Virus record (IMG/VR): IMGVR_UViG_3300013307_000003
Coordinates: 1 to 64,000 of that record
Length of the DNA: 64,000 nucleotides
Strand: one strand, 5' to 3'
Origin: a virus
Shown here one piece after another: positions 41,425 through 52,487 of this stretch. A program made the translations under genes and the position numbers. The notes beneath the pieces were generated by a model, which saw only the letters and a list, made by a program, of their open reading frames with translations, did no database searches and was not told the DNA's origin. Within the stretch, counting starts at the first letter, position 1. The number at the start of each line of letters is the position of its first letter.

Positions 41425-43636
41425 TCAGGGTGTGGGTGAGTAGATCAGGATTAGTGTTGCGCCGTTGTTGGTCTCGGCGTAGACGCGGACCGGATCAATT
41501 TACTTGTTGAATTCTGCGTGTACCTGTTCCGCGACGTAATCCGCGTAAAGCCGGAACATGCGCGGATCATCCTTGATCGTCGTCAGCACGCGAACAACCT
41601 CCAGGCTTTCGCGCTGTTCCCTGGCGAGCGTCGTGCCTTCGTGGTTGCAGAGCTGTGCGATCTGGTTTAGCTTGATCGTCATTTCGGCGAATACCGGACT
41701 GTTGCTGATGGCGTGTTGGATGTGGAGTGGTATCTCGTTCACGGCGTGTCTCCTTTCGCGCCGAACACGACGCAGAGCAGCAGGAGGAGGCAGGCGAGGG
41801 CGGTGAGGATCATGGCGCACCTGTCGCCTTTCGGATCGCGTCGTTTGCGTCGTCCAGCGCCTTGATTGTTTCCGGCGAAAGTTCGTCTTCGTTTACGTCC
41901 GGGCAGTTCACGAGGCGACGAAGGGCAGCGAGCAGTTCCGGGGCCGCAGCAAGCAGCCGACCGTTCGCCTCAGCGTCAATCCTCGTGCGATCCAGCGCGG
42001 ATGTGTGAACGGCAGCGATAATCAACCCGTTCTTTCGGATGACGTGCTTATCGTAGTATTTGCGCGATGCGTCGTTTTGCCAGGGTCCGGGTGTTGGCGT
42101 GCTGACTGGTTGTTGAGTGCGTGCCATAATGTTCTGTCCTTTCTTGACGGGAGGGACGAGGTGCGGCCGGGGGAACTGTGCAGGTTCTTACCGGCCATTA
42201 CTTTGAGTGTGTGACTTACTATCTGCGATAGATCACGGTTTGCGTACCGTTAAATCGATAATTGCGGAATGTGCCTTCCCAGCGAAATACTGCGCCTTCA
42301 GGCAGGGATCGGTCGTCGAATACAAATTCGTTCATGGCGTCGAACAGCCACGGGCTATCGGGCAACTCGCCAAAGTCGCTATCAATGATGGTCATGTCGC
42401 CGTACACTGTGAGCGTGAACACGATGTAGCCACGATAAGTCTTGTTTTGTTCAGGTGCAAGGTGGCCCCAAGTGTTCTTGTGGGCAATACGACGGTTTTC
42501 TAGTTCTACCGGCGCGAACGCAGTGCCCATGTAGTTGCATGGGTCATAGGCCACTGAATTGAGTACTCCCATTATAAACCTCCCTCGTTGTCTGTGCAAT
42601 GCGGATGTACCAGGGTTAAAACCCGCAGGCCGGTCGCGAACACGGCGTGGAAGTCGTTGGCTTCGTGTGCGGGTGGGCGTGTCTACTCCCACATAGCAGC
42701 AGAACATGAGATAGCGTGTTCGCCGCGTCCTAGAATGTCTGCTAGAGGCTCAGGAACGACATGCTGAACTGATCTCCATGCGGTATCGGGCAACAGGTGC
42801 TCTAACTGTTTCGGCCCGGTGAATTCGTAAATCGCATCGAAGTCGAATTGGTTGTACGGCTTGCCAGTGAAGGTCACGACTTCGCGCTGGTCTGTCCAAT
42901 TACCGCAACAGTCTTTTGTCTGTTCCTTCACGCCGACATAAGCGCGGTCTTTGTAGAAGCGTGCAACCAGTTTCATGCTCATTGTTCGTTTCCTTTCGTG
43001 TTTAGCGAGCGGAGGTGTCATTCTCTGACGGCGGTAACAGTCTTAGATGTGGCAACAAACGCCGTTCGTGCTTGCCATTGTCTCTATCTCCTTGTGTATT
43101 CGATGCGTACGATAAACCAGCAGGCAGGCAGCGAACCTGCAATCCATCCTCTGTCTGCTAGTGGCAAGCTATACTTCGCGTTCTGCGCAGAACCGTTCGT
43201 ATTCTCGCTCGCGAATAAGATGTTCGTGCTGATACTCTACGATGCGTTCCCAGTCCCAGGTTTGCGCGTGGATGTACGAGCCTAGTTGCTCGCTCGCAAT
43301 GATCGAATGATAGAGCATTCCTACATTGTCCGCGTCAACTGTCTGAGCGAGTATCACGACCTGCCCAGTGGCAAACTTCTGTTCGTGGATAACATCCATT
43401 GTTTCGTGGATCTGCTGAATGGTCATTGCGCTTCTCCGTTCAATTCGTTTAGCTCAAAAGAGTTTGTCCGGTTGCAGTCGATGCCTGTAAATGCGTGAGC
43501 GTAACAGGGTGTCCGCCGGTGCTATCTTTTTGTTGCTAGGTGGGGGAAACTCACATCCGGCTTTTCCTGCTTGGTAACAGGTAGAGGTTGGTACCGTTCC
43601 GGGATGTCTCTGTATTCAGTTCGTTCTTACATCTAC

Positions 43637-43665
43637 AGTATACGCTATCTGTTAGCGTGTGTCAA
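43637..43665 (-). promoter_or_regulatory. Leftward promoter with CTAACAGATAG in the spacer
   Basis: TTGACA-N17-TATACT. Confidence 0.8.
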
Positions 43666-43705
43666 GACATATTTTGTCTACATGTAGAAAATAGTTGAAA
43701 AAAAC

Positions 43706-43909
43706 CTAGGTGGTCTCTTCGGCCGCTTCGCGCGCTCGCCGTGCCGCTTGCGCTGCCTTCATCTTGGCGCGCGTCTCGGCGCTGAATACGCGGCCACGTT
43801 GGAGATCAGCAGAAGCGCGTCCGTTGTCGGCGCTCTGTTTCTTCTTCTTCTCGGATGTTCGCGATCCGAGGATAGACATCACTTCGCGGATTTTCTCGGT
43901 TTCGTCCAT
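43706..43909 (-). CDS. Small basic protein with NUMOD3-like motif
   Basis: RGRVFSAETRAKMKAA; GGAGG site. Confidence 0.6.
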   Translation of the reverse strand: MDETEKIREVMSILGSRTSEKKKKQSADNGRASADLQRGRVFSAETRAKMKAAQAARRAREAAEETT

Positions 43910-43931
43910 TGTCGATAATCCTCCGTATAAG

Positions 43932-43960
43932 AGGATACACTATCTGTTAGGGTTTGTCAA
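43932..43960 (-). promoter_or_regulatory. Leftward promoter with CTAACAGATAG in the spacer
   Basis: TTGACA-N17-TATCCT. Confidence 0.75.
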
Positions 43961-43970
43961 ATAATGAGGG

Positions 43971-44675
43971 ATGGGTAATACCGTGGGAGACCTGGCGATA
44001 GCCGTGCAACAGTCTATGTCACAACAGACACCCGGTGTCAATCGGATGTGTACAGCAAAGTCAAAACGCCACGGAGGACCGTGCGGACGACCCGCGATGA
44101 TAGGCAAGTCGGTCTGCTATCACCACGGCGGAAGGTCGCCTGGCGGTATCGCATCTGCTACCTATAAACATGGTGGCAGTAGCAAGTTCATTCCGGCTAG
44201 ACTGCAGGACAGCTACCGCGAATCGATGAACGATCCGAACATCCTTTCGCTCACATCTGCTATTGCTCTGCTTCAGGCACGCTTCTGGGATGTACTATCC
44301 GCCACTTCACAAGAGGAGAGTGGAGCGCTCTGGCAAGCCCTTCACGACCACGCACAGACCTACCGTAACGCCTTTGGCAAGGATGCAGCACAGACGCGCG
44401 AACGCGCCTTAAATGCCATCCTGGATGCGATAGACGCAGGATACAACGAACGGGCTGCCTGGCAGGAGTTACGCCAGATAACGCAGGAAATACGGCTGCT
44501 GAAGGAGAGCGAGCGGAAACACCTCGTAGACAGCCAGCAAATGATAAGCGTACAGCAGGCAATGGTTATGCTCGGCGCGGTAACTCACATCATACGTACG
44601 CACGTGACGGACCCCAAAGCCCTTGACGGCATCAGTCGCGAGCTTGCGCAACTGGTCAACGCCCCTCCAAAGTAG
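43971..44675 (+). CDS. Terminase small subunit candidate (HGGxSTG-type zinc motif)
   Basis: CTAKSKR.GGPC.RPAM.GKSVCYHHGGRS...KHG; first gene of the late operon. Confidence 0.72.
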   Translation: MGNTVGDLAIAVQQSMSQQTPGVNRMCTAKSKRHGGPCGRPAMIGKSVCYHHGGRSPGGIASATYKHGGSSKFIPARLQDSYRESMNDPNILSLTSAIALLQARFWDVLSATSQEESGALWQALHDHAQTYRNAFGKDAAQTRERALNAILDAIDAGYNERAAWQELRQITQEIRLLKESERKHLVDSQQMISVQQAMVMLGAVTHIIRTHVTDPKALDGISRELAQLVNAPPK

Positions 44676-45065
44676 GCAGACACACGTCTGTAGTTATCAC
44701 GTGTGCGCAACGTCCGATAATAAACGGTATGTTACGTAGTCTAGTACCGACCAGTCCTGACAGTAGACGCGTGGCTGCAAGTCAGGACCCCTACCCGGTA
44801 CCCGTGGCGTCATGAACGGCGAGGGGGTAGGCGATGGTGGGAAAGCACCCCCAAAAAAGTCGCGGTAATTTTTCGGTCGAGGTTGGATCGTAAATACGGC
44901 GATGGTGGCGGATTAGTACCACCTTGGGAATTCTGTTCTGCCTATGTATTAGAGAGTTAATATACTAATACAGTGTAGATAGCGCGCGTGCGCGTTTTAG
45001 AACGTTAGAAAAGTGTTCAGACTCTGAACAGAGTTTGGGTAAAGAAACAACGAGAGCCGATCCTT

Positions 45066-45644
45066 TTGCGGAGGATCGGCTCTTATAACGTGAAGGAGGT
45101 TGCAGTGCTGGCTACAACGACCGACGGTTCAAGTGTACCTGCTATGGGTTTGCGTGTCAAGAATGTAATCGTGGATGCGCTGACGGGTCACGCTGTCCGT
45201 GTTCACGAGATCGGGATGAGTGTTTCGTCGGAGAGTTCTGACGAAGAGGTGTTTGCGGCGATAAGCGCGGTGCGTGACGTGGAGGCTCAGACGCGGCTCC
45301 GGTCCTGCTTCTGCCAGGGAGACGCCTACAGCCAGGCGCGCAGGCGTTCTGGGAATGAAATCCAGTTTGCGAAGGCTTTCAAGCGGAAGTTCGGGTCGAA
45401 GGTCTTCAACGACGTTCGGCGATGTGGGTGGGTCGCCGAGAAGTGGCCGATCGGCAAGCGTCGTGCAGACAAGAGTTGGAACTGGCACATCAAGACGCCG
45501 CCGGACGGACCCGCGAAGCCTGACAAGCAGCGACCGGATATTCCGCTCAAGGTGGTCGAAACGCTGGAAGTCGAGGGTGTCTGGGAGGTTCGGCTTGTGG
45601 ATGATTACGGGCGGCGGTATGTCGGGAAAGTGGTGGCGGAATGA
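45066..45644 (+). CDS. Hypothetical protein (start uncertain)
   Basis: ATGA coupling to the 45641 ORF. Confidence 0.45.
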   Translation: MRRIGSYNVKEVAVLATTTDGSSVPAMGLRVKNVIVDALTGHAVRVHEIGMSVSSESSDEEVFAAISAVRDVEAQTRLRSCFCQGDAYSQARRRSGNEIQFAKAFKRKFGSKVFNDVRRCGWVAEKWPIGKRRADKSWNWHIKTPPDGPAKPDKQRPDIPLKVVETLEVEGVWEVRLVDDYGRRYVGKVVAE

Positions 45645-46789
45645 CCGGATACCGACCAATCAATACTGCGAAGCCAGAGGATCGTGTTCCACCGTCATCG
45701 AGCGTGACGGAGATTGTGCCCGACGGCATTCCGATCGGTCAGCGGCCGACGAAGCCGTGCGAGCACTATTTCGAGCATTTACGGTCAGATACTGTCCTTG
45801 CTGATGTTCCTGAATCGGACAAGAAGATACGGATCGGCGACGTTGATTTGTTCTACTGCCGCCGGTGTCTGGAGTATCGCGAGGTGAAACGATGATAATC
45901 AAGCGCGAACACACAGACCGCCGTGTCATGCGAATGCCGGTGACGCCGGAAATGCTCGTCTTAATGTGCCGGTCGAACGAGCCGTGGCAGGTGATCGGGA
46001 ATGCGCTGCCGGAAGATGCCCGCGCGGTCGGATCGTCGTACGACGCCATGCGGAACTGCTTTCAGGTGTTTATTCACAGTGCGGCATACGAGTTGGTGCC
46101 GGAGTACGCGGAAGTGCCGGAAGTCCCGATGGTGACGTTTAAGCGGTGGGATGGATTGAAGTGATCGACTTCACGAACAGTACCTATTCAGATGCCGCGA
46201 CTGAGCCTTGCTCGCTGGAAACCGTTAAGCAGATCATGGATTGGTTCGCCGACCGAATGCCTGCGATGGCGGTTTCGGTTTCGGTCCATCCTGACTACAT
46301 CGACTTGTTCAAGGCGAACCTGCGTGAAGAAGGTTTTGTGAGAACCACAGACGTGAAGGGGTTGATGGGGCTGCCGGTGCTTGTCGATCCTGAGTTGAAA
46401 GGCGCGTGCTGGCGCGTGAATTACAACAAGTGACCCACCGCGACCGCATCTGGCAAGCCTTCCTGAAGACCCCGTACGCCCGTATGCAGACGGTTGCGGA
46501 CATGGACGTGCTGTGCCAGTGGTGGTTTTTGAGGGGGATTGTGAGGCGTGCTAAACCCAATCGATGAGTTCATTGACGACGATATTCGAAAGATGAAGAA
46601 GGAAGCCATCCAGCAAATCCGCGATGCAATTTGCTCCGCGCTTAACGAGCAGTTGAGTAAGGCGTTTCAACTCGAAAATTACGAGATCGAACAAAAGGTG
46701 CTGTGGGGGACGAACTGGCGCGATATTGTGTTCCAGCCGTTCGTTGATGCGATCTATCGAGGGCCGATGCAGGGATTGCAGATCGTCTG

Positions 46790-48328
46790 ATGCCAGCAGC
46801 CACACTAAAAGACGGCCGCACGCTCGCCCAATCGTGGTTCTCGGACCTCTCGTCGCGCCTCGTGGCCGACATCGCGTGCCAGGAGTACCGGACCGATCCG
46901 GTGACGTACGCGCGTGAAGTCCTGAAGGTCGTGTGGTGGCCGAAGCAGGTCGAGATTGTCGAGGCGCTCTTGAAGCACAAGAGAGTGCTGGTCAAGGCCG
47001 GACACAGTGTCGGGAAGTCCCACCTCGCGGGCGGCCTCGTGAACTGGTTCTACGACGCCTATCCGGTCGGACAGTGCATCACGACGGCCCCGACAAAGAA
47101 CTCGGTGGTCGATGTCATCTGGAAAGAGATACGCCTGCAGCGGCCGCCGTCGCTCCGTCACTGCATGTTGCCGAAAGCGCCGAGGATGGAGAGCAGCCCC
47201 GATCACGTCGCGATGGGCTTGACGGCCTCCAGTGACGCGGCTTTCCAGGGACGGCACGAGCAGGCGGTCTTCCTGCTCTACGATGAGTGCGTCGGCATCC
47301 AGTCGGATTACTGGATAGCGGGCGAAGCGATGATGTCTTCGGATGTCGCGTACTGGCTGGCGCTCTGCAATCCGACCGACACCTCGTCAGTCGCGTACGA
47401 CGAGTGCATCAGTTCCGGCAAGTGGCACGTCATCGATATCTCGTGCCTCGATCACCCGAATATCGCCGCTGAACTCGCAGGCAAGCCGAAGCCCTTCCCA
47501 AAGGCCGTTGACCTCAACTGGGTGGAGGGGCGTATCCGGGAGTGGTGCGAGCCGGTCAGCCACGAGGACAAGCGAAGTCGGGACTTCGAGTTCCCGAAAG
47601 GGAGCGGGACGTGGTACCGGCCGGGTCCGCTCGGAGAGAGCCGGTTGCTCGGCAGGTGGCCCTCTACGGGGGCAACCTCGGTTTGGTCCGACGCAGCGTG
47701 GCAGGCAGCCATGCACGAGCAGGAACTACCGGAAGAAGGAACGACGTTTATCGGGTGCGACAAGGCGCGTTTCGGCGACGACTTCACGAGCTTCATCGTG
47801 CGCCGCGATTGCTGTGTCCTCCACCACGAGACGCACAACGGCTGGGATAATCTGCAGATCGCGGGTCGTCTCAAGCAGCTCGCGGAGCGCTTCCACGCGA
47901 AGGGTGAGAGTCCGCATCAGGTCAAGTGCCAGATAGACGACGTTCAGGGCGGCGTCGTGGACCTGCGCGGCCCCTACGACTTCAAGGAAATCAACAGCGC
48001 GAACAACGCCGTGCAGCGCAAAGACTATCCGAACAAGCGGTCCGAGTTGTGGTTTACGGTCGCCGAACGCGCCGATGCGGGCGACCTCGACCTGTCGCGC
48101 CTGACCCCACACTCCAAGACCCTCCTGCGCTCCCAGTGCATGTCGCCGACGTGGAAGGTGGACAGCCAGGGCCGTCGCGAAGTCGAAAAGAAGGCGGACA
48201 CGAAGAAGCGGATCAAGCGAAGCCCAGACGACGCGGACGCGCTCAACCTCGCGTTCGCGCTGCCGCCGCAGGTGAACCGGGTCGAGCGGGCGAGCGGCAA
48301 GGTTCGGAATAAGTTTACGTTTGCTTAA
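46790..48328 (+). CDS. terL: Terminase large subunit
   Basis: Walker A AGHSVGKS, Walker B LLYDE, nuclease IGCDKARFGDD and SPDDADA. Confidence 0.95.
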   Translation: MPAATLKDGRTLAQSWFSDLSSRLVADIACQEYRTDPVTYAREVLKVVWWPKQVEIVEALLKHKRVLVKAGHSVGKSHLAGGLVNWFYDAYPVGQCITTAPTKNSVVDVIWKEIRLQRPPSLRHCMLPKAPRMESSPDHVAMGLTASSDAAFQGRHEQAVFLLYDECVGIQSDYWIAGEAMMSSDVAYWLALCNPTDTSSVAYDECISSGKWHVIDISCLDHPNIAAELAGKPKPFPKAVDLNWVEGRIREWCEPVSHEDKRSRDFEFPKGSGTWYRPGPLGESRLLGRWPSTGATSVWSDAAWQAAMHEQELPEEGTTFIGCDKARFGDDFTSFIVRRDCCVLHHETHNGWDNLQIAGRLKQLAERFHAKGESPHQVKCQIDDVQGGVVDLRGPYDFKEINSANNAVQRKDYPNKRSELWFTVAERADAGDLDLSRLTPHSKTLLRSQCMSPTWKVDSQGRREVEKKADTKKRIKRSPDDADALNLAFALPPQVNRVERASGKVRNKFTFA

Positions 48329-48340
48329 GAAGGGGCGCGC

Positions 48341-49891
48341 GTGACCGGTAACGATCTTATAAACACGGCGACACCTGCCCCGTTTCAGTTGGAAACCGCG
48401 CTCGCCGCCTGGCAGTCGTTCGACTACTACCACATGCGCCCGTACCCGATCCACGCGTTCGGGACGAGCCAGTGGCCGAGGGAAAAGGGGCCGCCGCCGA
48501 CCCCATTGCCTTACGTGGGCATGATGGTCTCGGAACTCGCAGAGTTCACGTTCAGGAACGGCGTCCCGACATTCTCGGTTCCGGACGATCCCGACCTCGA
48601 CGACTTCCTGCAGACGATCATCAAGCGCAACGGACTGCCGAGCCAGTACATCCCGCTCGCGGAGGACGCAGGCAACCAGGGCGCGCTCGCGGCGAAGTTC
48701 ATGGTCGATCCAAACGACAAGGCTTGCCCGGTCAAGATCAGTTTCCTGAAGATCCCGACCGAGTGCCGCGTCTGGATCGATCCGCACGACCGCCTGAACC
48801 TACTTATGGCGCGCATCCAGTACCCGTACCGGAGCCTTGCCGACGGCAACTGGTACTACTACCGCGAGGAGTGGACAGACGAGAAGTTCGTCAAGTACGT
48901 GCCGCTGCCTGCAGGCGCATCCGACGTGACAGGGATCGGGTCTCTGCCCGGCTACCGGACGCACCTTGGCGACACCGACGACCCAGGACGCTGGCAGATC
49001 GAGAGCGAGGAGGAGAACCCGCTCGGCGTCATCCCGATCACCGTCATTCGAAACAAGGCGGTTGCGGGAAACCCACTCGGAGAAGGCGACTGCTGGCGCG
49101 TGTTTCGTCTGATCGATCGTATCGCGCTCACGCTCCACGGCGAAGATCGTGGCAACCAGATGCACAGCGAGCCGAACCTGGTCGTCACGAACGCGGATGT
49201 GGATAACGAAGGGCCGTTGCTGCCAGGTGAGCCACTGAGCATTCGGAACGATAATCCGGATGTCCGGGCCGACGCGAAACTCCTGGAGCCGTCCGGGGCG
49301 GCGCGCGCCTACAGCGGAGCGTATGCCGACCGCATGGAGGATTTGCTGTACCGGGGTGTTGGGCTGTCGCGGGTTGACCCTGCCGCGATCACGAACAAAG
49401 GGAACATGACGAGCCTCGCGTTTGCGATGACGTTTTCCCGGACGATCGCGACAGCGGATAGAAAGAGGGAGTTGTGGGGCGCAAGCGGATTATGTCTCTT
49501 CTTCCACCAGGTCCTGACCGCCCTGCAGAACATGGGCGGATTTCCGCAGGTTCGGACGTGGGACCCGGAAATGGAAGTCTCGTGCGATTGGCCCACGTAC
49601 TTCGCAGAGACGCCGAGGGATTTGCAGGCAACGACCGACCGGACGATAAGCCAGGTCAACAACCACCTCCTGCCGCACGCTCGCGGCGTCGAGCGGGTAG
49701 CGCGGGCGGAGAAGATCCCGCCGAACGAGATCAAGACGGTTCAAGTAGAGGCGGAGACGCAGAGGCAGGAAACGGAAGCGAAGATCATCGCGATGCAAAA
49801 TCAGGGGATGACGCCGACGGCAGCGGATGCTGCAGGCGAAGCGAGTTCGCTGCTTGTAGATGCGAGCCAGGGGAGTAACATCAGCGCGTGA
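48341..49891 (+). CDS. Portal protein
   Basis: 516 aa directly after TerL; ENPLGVIPI...N motif of SPP1-like portals. Confidence 0.85.
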   Translation: MTGNDLINTATPAPFQLETALAAWQSFDYYHMRPYPIHAFGTSQWPREKGPPPTPLPYVGMMVSELAEFTFRNGVPTFSVPDDPDLDDFLQTIIKRNGLPSQYIPLAEDAGNQGALAAKFMVDPNDKACPVKISFLKIPTECRVWIDPHDRLNLLMARIQYPYRSLADGNWYYYREEWTDEKFVKYVPLPAGASDVTGIGSLPGYRTHLGDTDDPGRWQIESEEENPLGVIPITVIRNKAVAGNPLGEGDCWRVFRLIDRIALTLHGEDRGNQMHSEPNLVVTNADVDNEGPLLPGEPLSIRNDNPDVRADAKLLEPSGAARAYSGAYADRMEDLLYRGVGLSRVDPAAITNKGNMTSLAFAMTFSRTIATADRKRELWGASGLCLFFHQVLTALQNMGGFPQVRTWDPEMEVSCDWPTYFAETPRDLQATTDRTISQVNNHLLPHARGVERVARAEKIPPNEIKTVQVEAETQRQETEAKIIAMQNQGMTPTAADAAGEASSLLVDASQGSNISA

Positions 49892-50625
49892 GCCGTGTAG
49901 GAGGCGGCGGAACGATGGCTTTACCAGAGATTTCGCAGGAATTGAGGGGCGACAAACGAGTACGCCTCAAACAGAAATTGCAAGAGTGCACCAAGATGTC
50001 TCAGCACGAGGGATACGGACAGTACGGCACAGATAGTCCGATTGTTCGGCGCTTTGTGAAGTACAGCGAGCAGGTTGCGACGCTTGTACAGTGGATAGAC
50101 ATATTCGAGGTGATTAAGGCTGTAGACGCACTCTACGGAGCCTGGCAAAACAACAAAGTCGTCATGTTCTGCGGCAACGGCGGTAGCGGGTCATCATGTT
50201 CCCACATCGTTAATGATCTGCAAAAGAATATCGGCCTAGAGACCGGCAAGCCGCTGAAGGCGATCTGTCTGAACGACGCTACGCCGCTTGTGAGCGCATG
50301 GGCCAACGACAGCGCATGGTCGAACGTCTTTGCCCCGCAAGTGGCAACGTGGAACGAATGCGGGGCGGTCCTGGTGGCCGTGTCGGGGAGCGGGAACAGC
50401 GCGAATGTTCTCAACGCCGTACATGTCGCGAGTGAGAGTGAATGTGTGACGACGATCGGACTTTCAGGCTTCGACGGCGGCGTGCTGGCGAAGACGGTTG
50501 ACATCTCGATCCACGTTCCCACCGAGAGTATGCAGCAAGCGGAAGACGTTCACATGGTGATCCTTCACATGCTGTTTCTCGGGCTGATGGAGAGGATCAA
50601 GAGCCGAATAGGAGGCGGCGACTGA
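49888..50625 (+). CDS. gmhA: Phosphoheptose (sedoheptulose-7-phosphate) isomerase, SIS domain; start uncertain
   Basis: FCGNGGS...SH, SAWAND, VAVSGSGNSANVL, GLSGFDGG and EDVH...H motifs. Confidence 0.88.
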   Translation: MSRVGGGGTMALPEISQELRGDKRVRLKQKLQECTKMSQHEGYGQYGTDSPIVRRFVKYSEQVATLVQWIDIFEVIKAVDALYGAWQNNKVVMFCGNGGSGSSCSHIVNDLQKNIGLETGKPLKAICLNDATPLVSAWANDSAWSNVFAPQVATWNECGAVLVAVSGSGNSANVLNAVHVASESECVTTIGLSGFDGGVLAKTVDISIHVPTESMQQAEDVHMVILHMLFLGLMERIKSRIGGGD

Positions 50626-50812
50626 TGAGAAAACCAAGTACGAACGACAGATTGTCAGAATTGGAGCGTGAAGTCGAACGACTTTCCAAACTGGTTGAAG
50701 GAGTGGTCGGCGTAACTATCACGAGGGAGCGCTACACTCAGTTACTTGAGATGGAGACGTTATTCCCAATACTGTTGACGGAAGCCCGTCTGCAGAAAGT
50801 CGAGACGGGACG

Positions 50813-51361
50813 ATGAGCGAGACAGACAGGCATCGTCATCTTGTGACCGAGTACGTTCAAGGGAACGGCGTCGATCTTGGCAGCGACGGGTCTCCAATCG
50901 CGCCGTGGGCGATCCAACTCGATCTCCCCGACGAGCAGTTCAAGTCGTATAACCCGAACCGCGAGCGTGGGGACATCCACTATCAGGGAGACGCGACCGA
51001 CCTCCCGTTCAAAGATCACACGCTCGACTTCGTGCACGCGAGCCACCTCCTCGAAGACTTTTCGGACTGGGGGCCAGTCCTGCGCGAGTGGGATCGTGTG
51101 CTGAAACCGGGCGGGTACATGTTGATTGCGGTCCCGGACCGGCTGCGGTTCCGTCGGAATGTCCTGCGCGGTTTGGAGGCGAACCCGCCGTACGATTGCG
51201 ACAACGGCAACCACCGCCACGAGAGCCACGTCGGGGAACTGACCGCCTATCTCCATACCTACGAGGCGATCCGCGACGACTTCGTAGATGACAACCCGGA
51301 CTGCTACAGTATCCTGTACATCGGCAGAAAGCCGGTCCCGGAACCGCAGGTGCCAGGATGA
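50813..51361 (+). CDS. Class I SAM-dependent methyltransferase
   Basis: VDLGS, GDATDLPF, DFVHASHLLED and VLKPGG. Confidence 0.85.
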   Translation: MSETDRHRHLVTEYVQGNGVDLGSDGSPIAPWAIQLDLPDEQFKSYNPNRERGDIHYQGDATDLPFKDHTLDFVHASHLLEDFSDWGPVLREWDRVLKPGGYMLIAVPDRLRFRRNVLRGLEANPPYDCDNGNHRHESHVGELTAYLHTYEAIRDDFVDDNPDCYSILYIGRKPVPEPQVPG

Positions 51362-52119
51362 GGAGAAAAGCAGCGCCAATAGCCGAAGACCCGCGTACAC
51401 CGATCATCCCATGCGCACACAATCTGGGTCCGTGCAGCGTGCAGGACTATCAAATCTGCACGCTGTGTGGGACGTACGTCAGCATGGCTCCAGTGGACCC
51501 TGCGGCGATCTACGAGCGTGACTACTGGACGCACGAGAATGGGCGATCCACGATCTCTGAGCAGAGTTTCAACGTAGACAATCACCGCGAGTGCGGCGTC
51601 ACGAAGAACGAATACGTGATGGGGCAGATCGAGGGAGCGGGCGGAGGTGCGCTTGAAATCGCCTGCGCGCCTGGCAACCTCCTTCGCAGGCTTCACGATG
51701 CCGGATTTACGCCCGTCTTCGGGATCGACGTTGATCGCTCGTACCGCGAGTACATCCAGGAAACGGCGGGGCCGGAAGCGCACTTAATGTTCGGGTACTT
51801 CCCGGAGGTTACGGCGCGGATCAATCCCGGCTCGTTTTCTCTGATCGTCGCGCTCGACCTCTTTGAGCACATTCACGATCCCGGTCCGTTCCTGACCGAA
51901 TGCAAACGGCTGCTGAAGGATGGCGGGCAGTTGCTGCTCATGCTTCCGATGGTTAATCCGCCCGAGGATGTCAGTGAGCGCTTCTTCTGCCCTGCGGAGC
52001 ATGTTTTTGTTCACAGCGTGAAGCACGTGACTATGATGCTCGAATGGGCGGGTTTCGAGAGTGTCAAGTTCGGACGATGGACGAGTGGGCACGAATCTGT
52101 GTCGGCGAGGGTGGCATGA
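51358..52119 (+). CDS. Class I SAM-dependent methyltransferase with N-terminal Cys motif
   Basis: LEIACAPG, GID, DLFEHIHDP and LLKDGG. Confidence 0.85.
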   Translation: MRRKAAPIAEDPRTPIIPCAHNLGPCSVQDYQICTLCGTYVSMAPVDPAAIYERDYWTHENGRSTISEQSFNVDNHRECGVTKNEYVMGQIEGAGGGALEIACAPGNLLRRLHDAGFTPVFGIDVDRSYREYIQETAGPEAHLMFGYFPEVTARINPGSFSLIVALDLFEHIHDPGPFLTECKRLLKDGGQLLLMLPMVNPPEDVSERFFCPAEHVFVHSVKHVTMMLEWAGFESVKFGRWTSGHESVSARVA

Positions 52120-52487
52120 ACGAGATTATCCCTCGCTTGTGTCTCGGTGATTGGATGGCTGCTCGCGACAGCCACAGCGACTTTCACGTGGTCACTGTTG
52201 CTGTTGATTCGCCCTTCATAGGGGATGAACATTTCAAACTCGTAGACGGTCCAGGTAATTCGCGCCTTGAATTCGACAAGGCAGTGTGTTCAGTAGCAGA
52301 GGCTTACAACCAAGGCAAAAGCGTATTGGTTCACTGCGTTGCAGGACAGAGCCGATCGGCAGCGGTCGTCGTTTCCGCACTCATGGCGCTTCAGGACTTG
52401 GATTGGTGTCAGGCATACAACCTCGTGATTAAACAGAAGCCTAATGTCCGCATACATCCGGCTTTTGCGGAGTTTTTGCGAACATGA
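52116..52487 (+). CDS. Dual-specificity (CX5R) phosphatase
   Basis: VLVHCVAGQSRS P-loop. Confidence 0.9.
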   Translation: MNEIIPRLCLGDWMAARDSHSDFHVVTVAVDSPFIGDEHFKLVDGPGNSRLEFDKAVCSVAEAYNQGKSVLVHCVAGQSRSAAVVVSALMALQDLDWCQAYNLVIKQKPNVRIHPAFAEFLRT

